Assembly (NCBI GenBank): GCA_030390025.1
Contig: CM059433.1
Span: 97,030,001-97,094,000 of the forward strand
Source of the DNA: Squalus acanthias
Taxonomy: Eukaryota
DNA: 64,000 nucleotides
Direction: 5' to 3'
This document shows, in pieces, positions 13,233 to 25,006 of the stretch. The position numbers and the translations under genes were made by a program. Each line of letters opens with the position of its first letter. Position 1 is the first letter of the stretch. A model generated the notes under the pieces. It was given only the letters and a program-made list of their open reading frames with translations, was not told the origin of the DNA and ran no database searches.

Positions 13233-13949
13233 AATGATAATGCTATTGATTGCATTTGTTACTTAAAGTTTTTACATATGATCAAATCACTAAAGAGGGT
13301 TTACCTACACAGGCAGGACTGGATGCTTCCCCACAATCTGCACCTTAAACTGATAAAGTTAGGGCACACAATACTAAAGATAACCATGAAGAATATAGAA
13401 AATAAAGTAGGGGAAGGTGAAATGGGAGCTGAGGAAGACTAAAAGGAATATGAGAAAACACTAGCAGATGCTATAAAAGGAAATAGTAAAGAGTTTTGTA
13501 TGCATTTAAAAAGTAAAATAATAGTTAAAGAGAGCATTGGACCGCCCTGGGAGAGTCTAATTGTGGAGGATAAAGGCACAGCAGAGATATTAAAGAATTA
13601 TTTTGCTTGTTTTTTTACAAATGGTGGTGGAAGTGAAAATATAGATATACTAGAGGAGGATATGGAGAAAAATGATAGATATAACAGTAGAAAAGGAATT
13701 AGTTCTGAAAAAAATTAGCAGAACGTAAGGTTAATAAGTTCCTGGACCCTGATGATATGTATCCTAGGTTGTTAAAAGCGAAGCGATAGCAGATGCTTTG
13801 ACCATAAATTTTCAATCCTTCTTAGCAATGCAAATTGTACCATTGGACTGGACAGTAGACAATCTAACATCCTTATTCAAAAAGGGAGTGAAGGATAAAC
13901 TGAGTGACTGTATGACAGTCAAGTTTAACATCAGTAGTGGACAAACTCA

Positions 13950-14103
13950 GAGCAGAACTTTCAACTTTGGGGCTTAAAATGGGCGGCAGCAAATCAGCTG
14001 CCTGTTATACACCCCACCCAATGGGACACGGTGTATAATGGGCAGCAGAAACACCACTGCCCATTTTATGCCCCTTCCCCGATTGAAGTTAGAAGTTCTG
14101 CCC
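13950..14103. mobile_element. MITE (palindromic non-autonomous DNA transposon, PIF/Harbinger-like)
   Basis: TIRs gagcagaactt / aagttctgccc, internal inverted symmetry, flanks tca/tta; related to 40652-40790. Confidence 0.7.
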
Positions 14104-14477
14104 TTAGAATCGATCATTCAAGATAAAATGAATAAGCTTGGGCTAATGATGGGCAACTAGTACCAATTTGTGAAAGACAAGTTGTGATTGATAATATTTT
14201 TTTACAGAGACCTTTTAGATAGATAAAGCAAATGTAGTCAATGTACTGTATATAGATTTTTGGAAGGCATTCCATGAGGTATCACAGAAGAGGCTTGTTG
14301 AAAACATTCAGACCTATGGTATAATAGGATGTAGCAAGATGGATAGAAAGTGGGCAATAGACAGGAAACAAAGAGTTAGGATAGAAGGGTTGAAAGTTGT
14401 GTACCACAGAGATCATGGCTGGTGCACTTTTGTTCTCAGTATATGAAGATGATTTAGACTTGGATATAAGGTAAATA

Positions 14478-15098
14478 GGGGGTAAATTGGTTCACAAACA
14501 GGGTGGCATGCATGCTGCACATGCCAGAAGAGGTCGGCCCAGAGGACCACCCAAAATTGGTCCTCAGGCTTTATCTTAACATTTCAGCTGAGCTGCCATT
14601 GTCTGTTGCACCTCCAGAGGCAGCTCGCCCATGTTGAGGGATTCAATTTCAGACCACATGCCTCTCCACCAGTGACCCTCAGGTATGTGCTGGGGGAAGG
14701 GAATGGAGGAAGCTGATCGCAGCATCCCTCAGGAGCACTCCTGCTCCTCCTTGCTCCATATCAAATTTTAAAGAAAATGTATTTACCTTATTAGTGTCTA
14801 CCACCTGCTAGGCCCCATCCACGCCAGCAAAACCTGAGCAGAAGAGGCCCAGCAGCTGCCTGCTCAAGGCAGCCCAATTTCCCAGCGGGGTCCTGAAATA
14901 GATGGTAGCCTCCTCATTAGTATATGCACGGTACCTACTGTCTGTTTTAGGCGGCCACCCTGAACACCTCAAAAATGGCCTTACCCAATATCTGGTTGTG
15001 CGTCTTTCAGGTGACATTGGGGTTGACCCCATAAATGGCCCTCAATGCACCCATTTTCCACCCATAAAATGGGTCCAATGGAGTCCAATTTCTACCAC
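14478..15098. mobile_element. Non-autonomous TIR element nested in CR1
   Basis: Ends gggggtaaattgg / ccaatttctaccac; GC-rich block interrupting the CR1 RT, which resumes at acaatctcaaaac. Confidence 0.65.
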
Positions 15099-15569
15099 AC
15101 AATCTCAAAACTTGCTGGTGGCACAAACGTAGAAGGTTTAGCAAAGGAGATGTAGATAGTTCAGAAGAATGGCAGACAGATGTCAGATGTAATTTAAAGT
15201 GAATAAGTATGAGGTAATGCAAAATGGGAGGGTAAACAAGGAAATGGGAGTATGCACTTAGTGGAAAGATACAGATGAAGAGAGAGACCTAGGAGTTCTA
15301 ATACATAATTCCCTGAAAGTGCCAGTGCAGGTAGATAAGCCATAAAAACACCAATGTAATGTTGGGCTTTATCAATAGATGCTTATAATACAGAGTGAAG
15401 AAGTAATGATGAAGTCATGAAAACATTGGTTAGGCCATAGTACAGTGTGTAGATATGCATGCTCCATTATAGAAAGGGCATTAATGCTATAGAAAGTGTA
15501 CAGCCTGGTTCCACTAGGATGATGCCTGGGATGGGAAAGTACAGTTATCAGGGGAGACTTGAGATATTG

Positions 15570-15745
15570 TGGGGGCGGGGTGGATTTCTGCAGGGGTTCT
15601 CATGCCATTACTTTGGCAGAAGATCAGCAGAAACCTTGTAGAAACAGTGTAAATGGCTGTTTATACCATTTCTCAATGGTTTAGGCAATATTCCACCAAA
15701 GTTGCAGTAGGCAATCAGGAGAAACCTCATGGAAATTATTCACAC
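15570..15745. mobile_element. Palindromic MITE nested in CR1
   Basis: ggggtggatttctgcaggggttctc ... gagaaacctcatggaaattattcac with internal actttgg/ccaaagt symmetry; CR1 resumes at tggactatg. Confidence 0.6.
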
Positions 15746-18361
15746 TGGACTATGTTTTTTCACTGGATCAGAGAAAGCTAAGAGAAAATTCACTGCAGTT
15801 TTTTAAAATAATTATGAAGAATTTTGATTGAGTGAATAGGGAAAGATTATTTTCTCTGGGTTGGGAGTCAGTGATGAGGGGTCATCAATTTTAAATTGTC
15901 AGTAAGAGTGTGAGGGGAGAGGCCAGGGTAATGTCTTTCTACAGAGAATTCTTAGAGCATGGAAGCCTTTGCTACAGGAAGTGGTTGAGGCGGAGGCCAC
16001 TGCATCTTTTAAGGGGAAATTGGATAAATGTTCAATGCAGAGGGAGATGCAGGGCTATGGGAGAAAGGGGGCAGTGAGATTCGTTTTTGGATTACTCTCG
16101 CAAAAGTCAGCTGAAATATGGTGGGCTAAATGGCCTCCTTCTGTGCCATAAACGTCTATGGTTCTATATAACAGTTGAAAAACAGCTAAGTGTTTCAGTA
16201 TGACTGTGTCAAACTATAATAATTTGCAGGATTGTTATAGTGAGCTAGTAAAGTAAGATCTGTTCCATGTTCAGCTGGCAACATGTAAAACTTTGTTTGG
16301 GATGTTGATGTGTACCTATGAAGAAAATAGACAGGAGCAAACGTTACATGTGTAAACATTTTCCCATCCACTACTAATAAGACCGTGAACTGTTGCATGT
16401 TTAATAAACGTGCTGATTAAAGTGCTTGCAAAAGCCAAGATGTCAAGCAAAATCAGTAAGTGCACACGTGTAAAATACAACTCTCCGCAATGTCAATAGC
16501 TTAAAGGAAACGATGAAAAATCCTAGCTGCGAAATGGAACTGTTGTAGAAAACACTCAAAATTGCAACAATTTTGTAAAATTCAAGTTTGCTTAGCAACG
16601 TGAGGACATCAGGGCCTTTTGTGTTGGCACCACCCTCACCTCCCGCGGACTCCCGTTTCCTGTACACTGCGCGTGCGCAGGGCAGACTTTGGCCGGATCT
16701 CTTCAGCATAATTGTTCAGATTTTTTTGGCCAGTTGCTATTTGTACATTTTAAATGCTTGTTAAACTTACGCATGTCGTTCAAAACTGCATTCTCACTTT
16801 TAAGTTGACAAAGGTCAAAATTTCATTCTAATTACTGAGACTGCAGACGCGTTATGTTTAAGTTGTGTGCAACATAAATTACTCGGAAGCACGCCTTGCA
16901 GCTTTGCTAATGTTTATGTACATTATTTTGTGGCGGGGTGGGGGAACTACCCTTATATATTGGGTGTGGTCACCTGATTCCCTTTCTGTAGGTGGCACTA
17001 CCTTAACAGTGATCTTCTGTAATGATACATAGGATATGTAGGAGCTTCGTGAGAACTTCTACTCAGATAAAACACGTGTCTGACACTGCTTAAGGCGTAT
17101 AGTAATTCCTAAAACTATGGCTACAATGTAGAAAATGGTCCCACTGTGTTTAGGAGTTAATAAGACAGATGTTCAGTTGAGTGCAAACTCCAAACTCGAA
17201 ACTTGATGCAAATAGATACTTAAATACATTTCACATTAATAACTTTGAGTTAAGTTGATTTCCGTAATCTGCTTTGCGCTTTCAAATATATTGATATGAA
17301 TAATAGTTCACAATAGCAAATGAACGCGTTTGAGATAAAATAAAACAGACAAAAACTGCACCTGTAACTAATTGAAAAGAGAGTTGTTGTAGATATTGGG
17401 CAACATTAGATTACATAGCTGTAAAATATAGTCCTTAGAGGAATTTAACATCAGGGATAGAATGTGTAAAGATCGCCACAATGATTCTCAAACATGCCGC
17501 ACCGAGATACTGCAACCATGCATTTTAAGTAAGTCGACATTAGAAATTACCCGCGCATATTATTTAGTTTGCTTAATACTTACTTATTTGTTATCCAAAT
17601 ATTGTTGTTATCATTGTATATCCCTGTAACAATGTATTTCTATCCTTCAAACAAATGCGAGACATTTCGTTGCAGGGATCTGGGTGATTCCATTTTTTTA
17701 AGGATTAAATACAGTGCAGGCCAACCGAGAAAAGGGGGCAGCTAATACTTAATTGTAAAATATAGAATGGCTGCGTTTCCAAAGTGGGGTTAACGAGATG
17801 GTCAAGAGTCATTGTGCCGTATTTTGTGTGGGAATAGCTGCCTGGCACTTTTTAAGGTAATTTACTTAACAGGAAATGAGTTGGTCCCAGAAGAGAGAGC
17901 AAACGAGGAGAGTTAAAGTAGCCAGCGTGATAAATGACGCTTTCATTTAGGGATCTCTAGAGCTCGTTTAAGTCTAATTTTCCGTATTAGCCCCTGTTGA
18001 GCTATTAATACAGTACTCAGGGACCGTGGCTCCTGTCTGGGCAGAGACATTACAGCTAACATTAAAGCACACTCTTGATTTCAATGTGGAGATAATGGAA
18101 GGTGTTTTAAATGTTTCTGCTAATATAGATTGACAGAGGGAGGCAAATATGATTTGGAGGGCCTGGTCAATGAACAATCAATAATGTGATAATGGCAATG
18201 CTGGTTAAAATCAAGCAAAGCAGTGTGAGATAGCCCTCACAAAAAGAATCGTGAAACATTTTTATATTTGTTTATCTTAGTGGACACTTCATACCAAACG
18301 ATAACTTTTGCAATGATTGAAATACTTGCATATTTTTACATTTGGTCTAATGGGCATATAG

Positions 18362-18640
18362 ATAGAATCATAGAAAATTAAAGCATAGAAGGAGGCCACT
18401 CGGCCCGTCGTGCCTGTGCTGGCACTTTGAAACACCCCGCTTTTTGTCCGTAACCCTGAAAGTTGCTCATCCTCAAGTACCTGTCCAACTCCCTTTAAAA
18501 TTATTTATGGAATCCGCATCCACCATCTTTTCAGGTAGAGCGTTCCAGACCCTGACAACTCTCTGAGTGAAAAAATTCTCCTCATCTCCCCTCTAGATCT
18601 TTTTCTAATGATTTAGAATTTAGTTTTGAATCTATGACCT
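18362..18640 (-). mobile_element. CR1 LINE 3' fragment
   Basis: atagaatcatagaa tail, ggccactcggccc stem, gagcgttccagaccctgacaactctctgagtgaaaaaattctcc (reverse of FFTQRVVRVWNAL). Confidence 0.8.
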
Positions 18641-21600
18641 AAACGCAGTACCTATAGCCATTCACCTGCCGACTTATCTATGTCGAAAAGTTGGCAGATG
18701 AATGATTATAGGAACTGCATTTTATATTCATAATAATATTACAATCCACATTGCACCTCTACACAAAATGGAAAAGCTTAAAACTTTTATCTCTATATTT
18801 TGTAACGTTTAATGTTAACATATTCAATAGCTGCACATACTTCCCCATTGCCAGACATCCATATGCTCTATTGCTATTGCATTGAACAAATTAGACTGAT
18901 ATGCAGTTATGTGTAAATATATACACACGGTTTATCTCAAGATATGTATCCATATACATAAGATTTTATATTAACACTAACTTATGCAGTAGAGAACGCG
19001 CATTTCTGATTAATAGCTATGGAAATATTAGGTTCTGTTTATCTAGAATGTATAAGGGCAGCTCCTGATAATTACTGACGAGATATATTTGAATCAGGAT
19101 TGCTAATAAATAGAAGCGAATGTCGTGGCATTTTGTGTTGTTTGTAGTTAGAATTATGCACGGGTTAGGTTAGCGCCTTTGCTACATTAAATGTGCAACC
19201 ATTCGTGGTTATTATTATTACATTAACTTGCATAATGATTGCATATACACTAGCAACATATTTACACATTGCATTACCAAACCACACTGAAGAAGTACGG
19301 GCTGAACATTCTGAACACGTAAAGAATTGAAGGCTTCAAGCTGCGTTTTTGTCACGGTCCATTGGTTTGCGATTTCCTCTAGTCGTTTGAACGCTATCAA
19401 GTTCGTTGCAGAATTACGTTTCAAAGCACAATCTGTTCATAATTATTAACAAATGAAGCAAGTATTATTTTCCATATTGATGATCTGTAAGAGAAATTAA
19501 CGTGAGAATATGCCTTAGAGATATTCCAGAACTAAATTAGCAAAGTGATATTACAAGACTTTAATAAATATGATTGAAAACACTTAACTGAGCCAATGCT
19601 ACAGTGGTTTATGATTCATTTCAGCACGTTAACGATGGTGTTTATAACATGACAATATCTATACTTGGGTGTTTATTGATCAAGTAGCAATCATTTCTTT
19701 CGTGGAAAAATAAAAATGACAAGATATAGACAGTCAGATGGGCGGACAGATTACTTGGATTGTAGATCCATATTAATATCTGATGTGGGCATGTTTACTG
19801 TCCAATTAATGAATATTTATTTTCTCAAGTATTTGCATGGCTCATGTTTGCGGGATATTGCAATTTAGAGGAGAATCGCTCAGTAAGCCGTCAGCCTTGT
19901 ATTTGTCAGAATCCGCACCAAATTGAAAGTTCAGATTGTGGGCAATACTTTTCACTTCTAATACTGGAATAACTCGCTAGGAGCACTATTACTAGCATGC
20001 GTATATATAAATGCCAATGTTAAAGTGTTAGCTGAAGTAAGATGTCTTTTTTAAGAGGTTAAGAGCTGTTTAAATGACTGCAGCGAGTTTAAATTACAGT
20101 AGCTATGCTCTGCAATTAATTTTTAGCAAGCTTGGAAAACATCTGATAGATTCAGGACCGTCTGCAGACCTATCGAGATAGTTGCCACTAGGATATTCAG
20201 AGTCACTAGTATTTATGTTTTAAGTCGAATTTTAACATGATGTCGTCTTCTATGTAGCGAAAGGTGTAAGCATTGTGGAGGAATCATACAGGGAATTATG
20301 ATAATCATATGAATTATATTTTGGGACACACAGTAAACCGAATAATATAGGAAATGCAGTGGGTTTCCACTATAATGCACGTCTTCCACCAGTGGCCAAT
20401 GCTATTATGTAGTTTGCATTTAATTTGTCAACTTTCATGTACCTTTCTCTCGTTAACAGTTTTTATACATTTTTGTATCACACGAGAAAATAAAAGACAG
20501 GCAAATGATATTTAACTAGGCCGATTTTCTGTGCCGGGGTTCACTGACACGATGTATATGCCGCCCTTCAGGTGACGAGGGGAGGAGGACGGGTGAAAGT
20601 AAATTCATAATGGGCGACCTAACACGTTGACAAATGGGTGGATGTGTGACCGTACATCATTGCAACACTGCAATCGAATTGAAATGAGTGAGATTTAACA
20701 ATAAATATCTGCAACACGGACAACTTGTTGATCTTATTTTTAATGTGGATCAACACAAACGTGAACTCGCGCCGAAATGGCAGCCGCAGATACTTCATCA
20801 TCTTGTCTAAGAGTTCAAACTTGTCGAGTTACATTGTCCCTCAAATAAAATAGCAGTTGGCGCAGAAGCCAAATAGGAATTAGTGTCCCCCCACCTCCAC
20901 CCCCCCCCCCCCCCACCACCAATTCTAGTAATAAACCGAGTGGGATTTGATAATGCACATTCAAACACAGTTAGCAGGGCTGAATTCAAACTGATGAAAC
21001 AAAAGTCGATGGTTTTATTCTGAACTGGCGGATAATTAACTGCTTACAAATGTGTCAGTGACACCATTTCTAGTTCACAAGCCAGATTTCAACATTATTT
21101 GGAAACAGACACGGCTTTCGAGCCCATCTGGGTTTCATCAAAAACGCTTACAGATCTGTCTGGAAGAGACCGGGTAGCACTCGCCAGCTTGTTACAAAAA
21201 AACTTTACCTGAAGTAGAAATTGATACTTGGCCCGAGCGTGGGAACTGCGGATTCGGAGGAGAATTATAAGCACAGTTTGCCTTATGTTAATTAAGACAT
21301 AAAGCATAGTTGTGTGACCAAATATAGAAAGAATGCAAATTTGCTGTTATATTTTCAATTCTCAACCTAAAGCATTTGGCTGATCTGCAGGAGGCAAAAT
21401 ATAGGGTAAATATAAAGAGGGGACTTAAAAAAATCAGTTATTGAAATCACCATTTTTAAACCTTTTATTCTTTAGGATCTAATTCTGTGGCATTTTCTCG
21501 ACAAATCGTTTCTGTTAAACCGTGAACGCTGATGGCATCATTGGGGAAAGGCTCCCCAAGGAATGATCGAACCTCACAATGTGAGAGAGCTGAATTACCA

Positions 21601-23004
21601 ACACCACTGCTGACACCGTGAGGTTTCGCTTTCAGTTGGGTATTTAAATTCAGCTCCCTTGTACTCTGGGGCTGCAGTAACTCTTCCAACCCAGTTTCAC
21701 CAGCATTTCAATAAAACTATATAAACCAGGGAGGGTGGGCAAATAAATAACTAACATCGAAACTAATTATAATTATTTGTATCTTTTGGAAGGGATCTGA
21801 TGGCGAAGATTTCTCTAATCCAATCAACAAGTGAGCGATTTAACGCAGGTTGAAAGACCATGACCATAGTTGGCACTGGCTGCTATGTTTTCCCCGTTTG
21901 CTGCTTGAATAATATAAGCCGCAAATTCCTAAAGTAAATATCTTTTGGACAAAATGGCACACTTCCCTAAATTGGAAACTCGAGGTTTTATGCATCACTT
22001 AGGACTGCTGGGCGGTAGATGCAAAAGGAACTTTATAAACCTGCAAAATGAAATAAGGCGCAATTAAAGTAACTCTGAAGCAACAATTCTTTATATTGCG
22101 AATAAAGTCATAGCGAAATATACCACACTTCCATTAATGTGGAATTGTGAATTCTTGACCCATAGATATTGTTGATCGATAACAAAGTATCCTGAGAAAG
22201 GATTCATGAGATAAGGCAGGGGACATTGAAGTATTTTGTTTAGTTTTACCCATTAGCTTGTGCTAGTGGGCTGGTGTAGCAATTTATTGTACATTGAAAA
22301 CGATCACATGCCTACAATTATCTTGTTGATACCAATAATACTAATAAAATCACTATTATTTTCTCATTTTGCTTCGGTTAATTCTTAAGTTCTAGAAATA
22401 ATACACATGGGAGGTCACATCTGTCGTAGTCAGCTATAATTAATAATGCATTTCAGATGAACCTTGGGTAAATATTTTTTTTGTGCAGCCAATTCCATTC
22501 CAGTCATTGCAGTAGCTGAAGACTCTGACCAGCTAACTCTTTTGAAAGCATGTGAACTTGACAAATATTCGGGGAGACTTTCAGTAGGCATCTCTCATTT
22601 ACATTACTCTCTAGAACGCACTTATTGTTTTACAAGATTTTGTTTTCCAATTTGGAAACGTGTAGTTCCCTACGAGAGATTTTCTTTTACAATATACACG
22701 ATTTTTCAAAAAGTATTATCCCCGTCTAAGCGTCAAAGAGTTTGTGTAGAATTTAACGTCGATAAACCACGATCGAGGCACCAGATCTAGAAACCAGTGG
22801 GCACTTTCCCAAAACACGTGTTTTTGGTTTTTGTAAGAGAGATGTAAGAGATCATTCCATAAAACACTGATATACTTTTCAAATTTCCAGTTTATTAATG
22901 AAGCACAGCTGCCCTCCCCATAAAACCGACTAGCTCCACTTTTCTGTACAGTGCATCCTATGTGCGAATGGTACAAAATATTTGTCCGCTGAAAAATGTT
23001 CCAA

Positions 23005-23068
23005 CGGAGCCGATACAGACACGATGGACCGAATGTCCTTCTGTGTAAAACTTCAAAGGTTCTATATT
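23005..23068 (+). mobile_element. Short CR1/SINE 3'-tail remnant ~70 bp upstream of exon 4
   Basis: gatacagacacgatggaccgaatgtccttctgtg...ggttctat. Confidence 0.5.
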
Positions 23069-23138
23069 TAGTTTCAGATTGTATCTGTACTTATAATGAC
23101 GCAGTGCTGACTTCTGGTGTTGTGTCCTTTCCTTTCAG

Positions 23139-23355
23139 TCCCACTTCCTCAGAAGAATATCACGTCTCTGACGATGAATAAAGACAATCTACTAGGTGGA
23201 ATCGCGAACCATAACGAGGTATTCTGTTCGGTGCCAGGACGCCTGTCTCTGCTTAGCTCCACGTCCAAGTACAAGGTGACTGTGGGAGAAGTCCAGAGGC
23301 GCCTGTCCCCACCAGAGTGTCTGAACGCGTCATTGTTGGGGGGAGTGCTGAGAAG
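23139..23355 (+). CDS. tfap2b: AP-2 beta exon 4, start of the basic DNA-binding region
   Basis: cctttcag|TC...AGA AG|gtaggt; [46 protein letters not shown]. Confidence 0.97.
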
Positions 23356-24796
23356 GTAGGTCACGAACACAGGAAACCAACCTTTCAAAATAAATCAATA
23401 TGGAAACGTACAGAACAATAACGTGTGACTATAGCTAGAGTGCAAAGTGCATTGTACGTGTGTGTCTTTATCGGTATCTCCCAACCCCCGTCCATCGATC
23501 CATCTATCTAAATTATACAGACATATGTGAATCGCACATATTTTTCTTCATAGCACAATATTTCAATTAATATTTCTATATCCATTCTTCTGTTTGTTTG
23601 TTACTCAGGAATTCAGAGCATAATATTAATAACCATTAAAACGCAAATTCGGAAGCCAGTGGGTATGTAAGAGTGCAGTTATACCACACCTACCGGTCTG
23701 AAACTGGTATATGTATCTTGCACTGGGCTTGGTCATAAAGTATCTATGTGTATGGGTGTTTGAACACAGGCCGTGCTCCCCATGCTTCGCTTTTTAATGT
23801 GAGGGCACTGGCCGGAATATTCGTTTCGTCGCCATATTAAGAAGATTGAAAATAAAGCCCCCCAATATGCAGACAGGAGCATCAGCTATTTCGTAACATT
23901 AAAAAGATTCCATTTAAATGTTTTAAAGTTCCCTGGAAAGCCGATGAACAGTCTGGGTATTTTTAAAACGATAGTTTCACATTGCTGGAGTGATAGTGAC
24001 CCAGTAGAAACTCAAAGGTGCTGTGAGACTATCTTTTAGAAGTGGTCCCGCACCGCCTGGCTTTAGTGCACTCGAGAACCTCACTCCAGGACACTGCCAC
24101 TTTCACATCAATGGGCACTCGAAAGCAAAAGTAGCAGTATAGCTGTATCCATAACTGTACCCTTGGGCTGCCGTTATATTGCAGCTACCAGTGCTAGACC
24201 GGTATCTGTGGAGTAGGCAGTTGATGCACTGGGGCTATACTGCCAACTGTGCCTCTCGACCAATGCACTAAGGTCAACCACAAAAGAGCTTTGCGTACTG
24301 GCTGGCTCAATTTTAATTTGAGGAGAACAAGAGGAAAATCCTCTTCTAAAATTAAAATCATAGGAGCGTAAGTTTATTAAGTGCCCAGATTGTTCAATGC
24401 ACCACTTCAGTATTTTAAAATGCGGCCTTGCATTGACCTGGCGTCATGCTGCACCTCCTGTGAACTCAATGCTGGTGTGAGACAGTCGCCTGTAGGATGA
24501 TATCACACTTCCTGGTGTTAGTGTACTGGGTTTACCTTGGGACTTGACTCCCCAATTATACTGCCACTTTCGGGTTCATACTCATCCAAAACAGCTCCCC
24601 ATTAATATGAAAGTAGCAGTACAACTGCATCTTTAAGAAATAATGACTTGGCCCATGGGCATTATTATAAACTTCCGCTGGAACCTCGTATGCAAAGTCG
24701 CCTTTTAAAAGAGTTTTTTTTTTCCAGAATAAGGAACGTATGAAATATTATGGTCGCATAATATTAAAGAGCAGAATTCTTGATTGAACAGTTCTA

Positions 24797-24828
24797 CCAC
24801 ACACACATACACACACACACACACATAT
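24797..24828 (+). repeat. (CA)n microsatellite upstream of exon 5
   Basis: cacacacacatacacacacacacacacatatat. Confidence 0.85.
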
Positions 24829-24887
24829 ATAAACAGGACTACTTCATGTATTGCGGAGTTTCAAAATGTATCGTGCATTGTTTTCAG

Positions 24888-25006
24888 AGCCAAGTCGAAA
24901 AACGGTGGAAGGTCGTTGAGAGAAAAGCTAGAGAAGATCGGATTAAATTTACCCGCAGGCAGACGTAAAGCTGCGAACGTCACTTTACTAACCTCACTAG
25001 TAGAAG
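24888..25006 (+). CDS. tfap2b: AP-2 beta exon 5 (119 nt), basic region
   Basis: ttttcag|A GCC...GAA G|gtaaag; [39 protein letters not shown]. Confidence 0.97.

Larger units (their letters stand above)
13370..16167 (+). mobile_element. Old degraded CR1 LINE (RT region to 3' tail) interrupted by three nested TIR elements
   Basis: Decayed ORF2 motifs in order across the interval, ending in gggctaaatggcctccttctgtg...tctatggttctat; CpG-poor. Confidence 0.85.
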
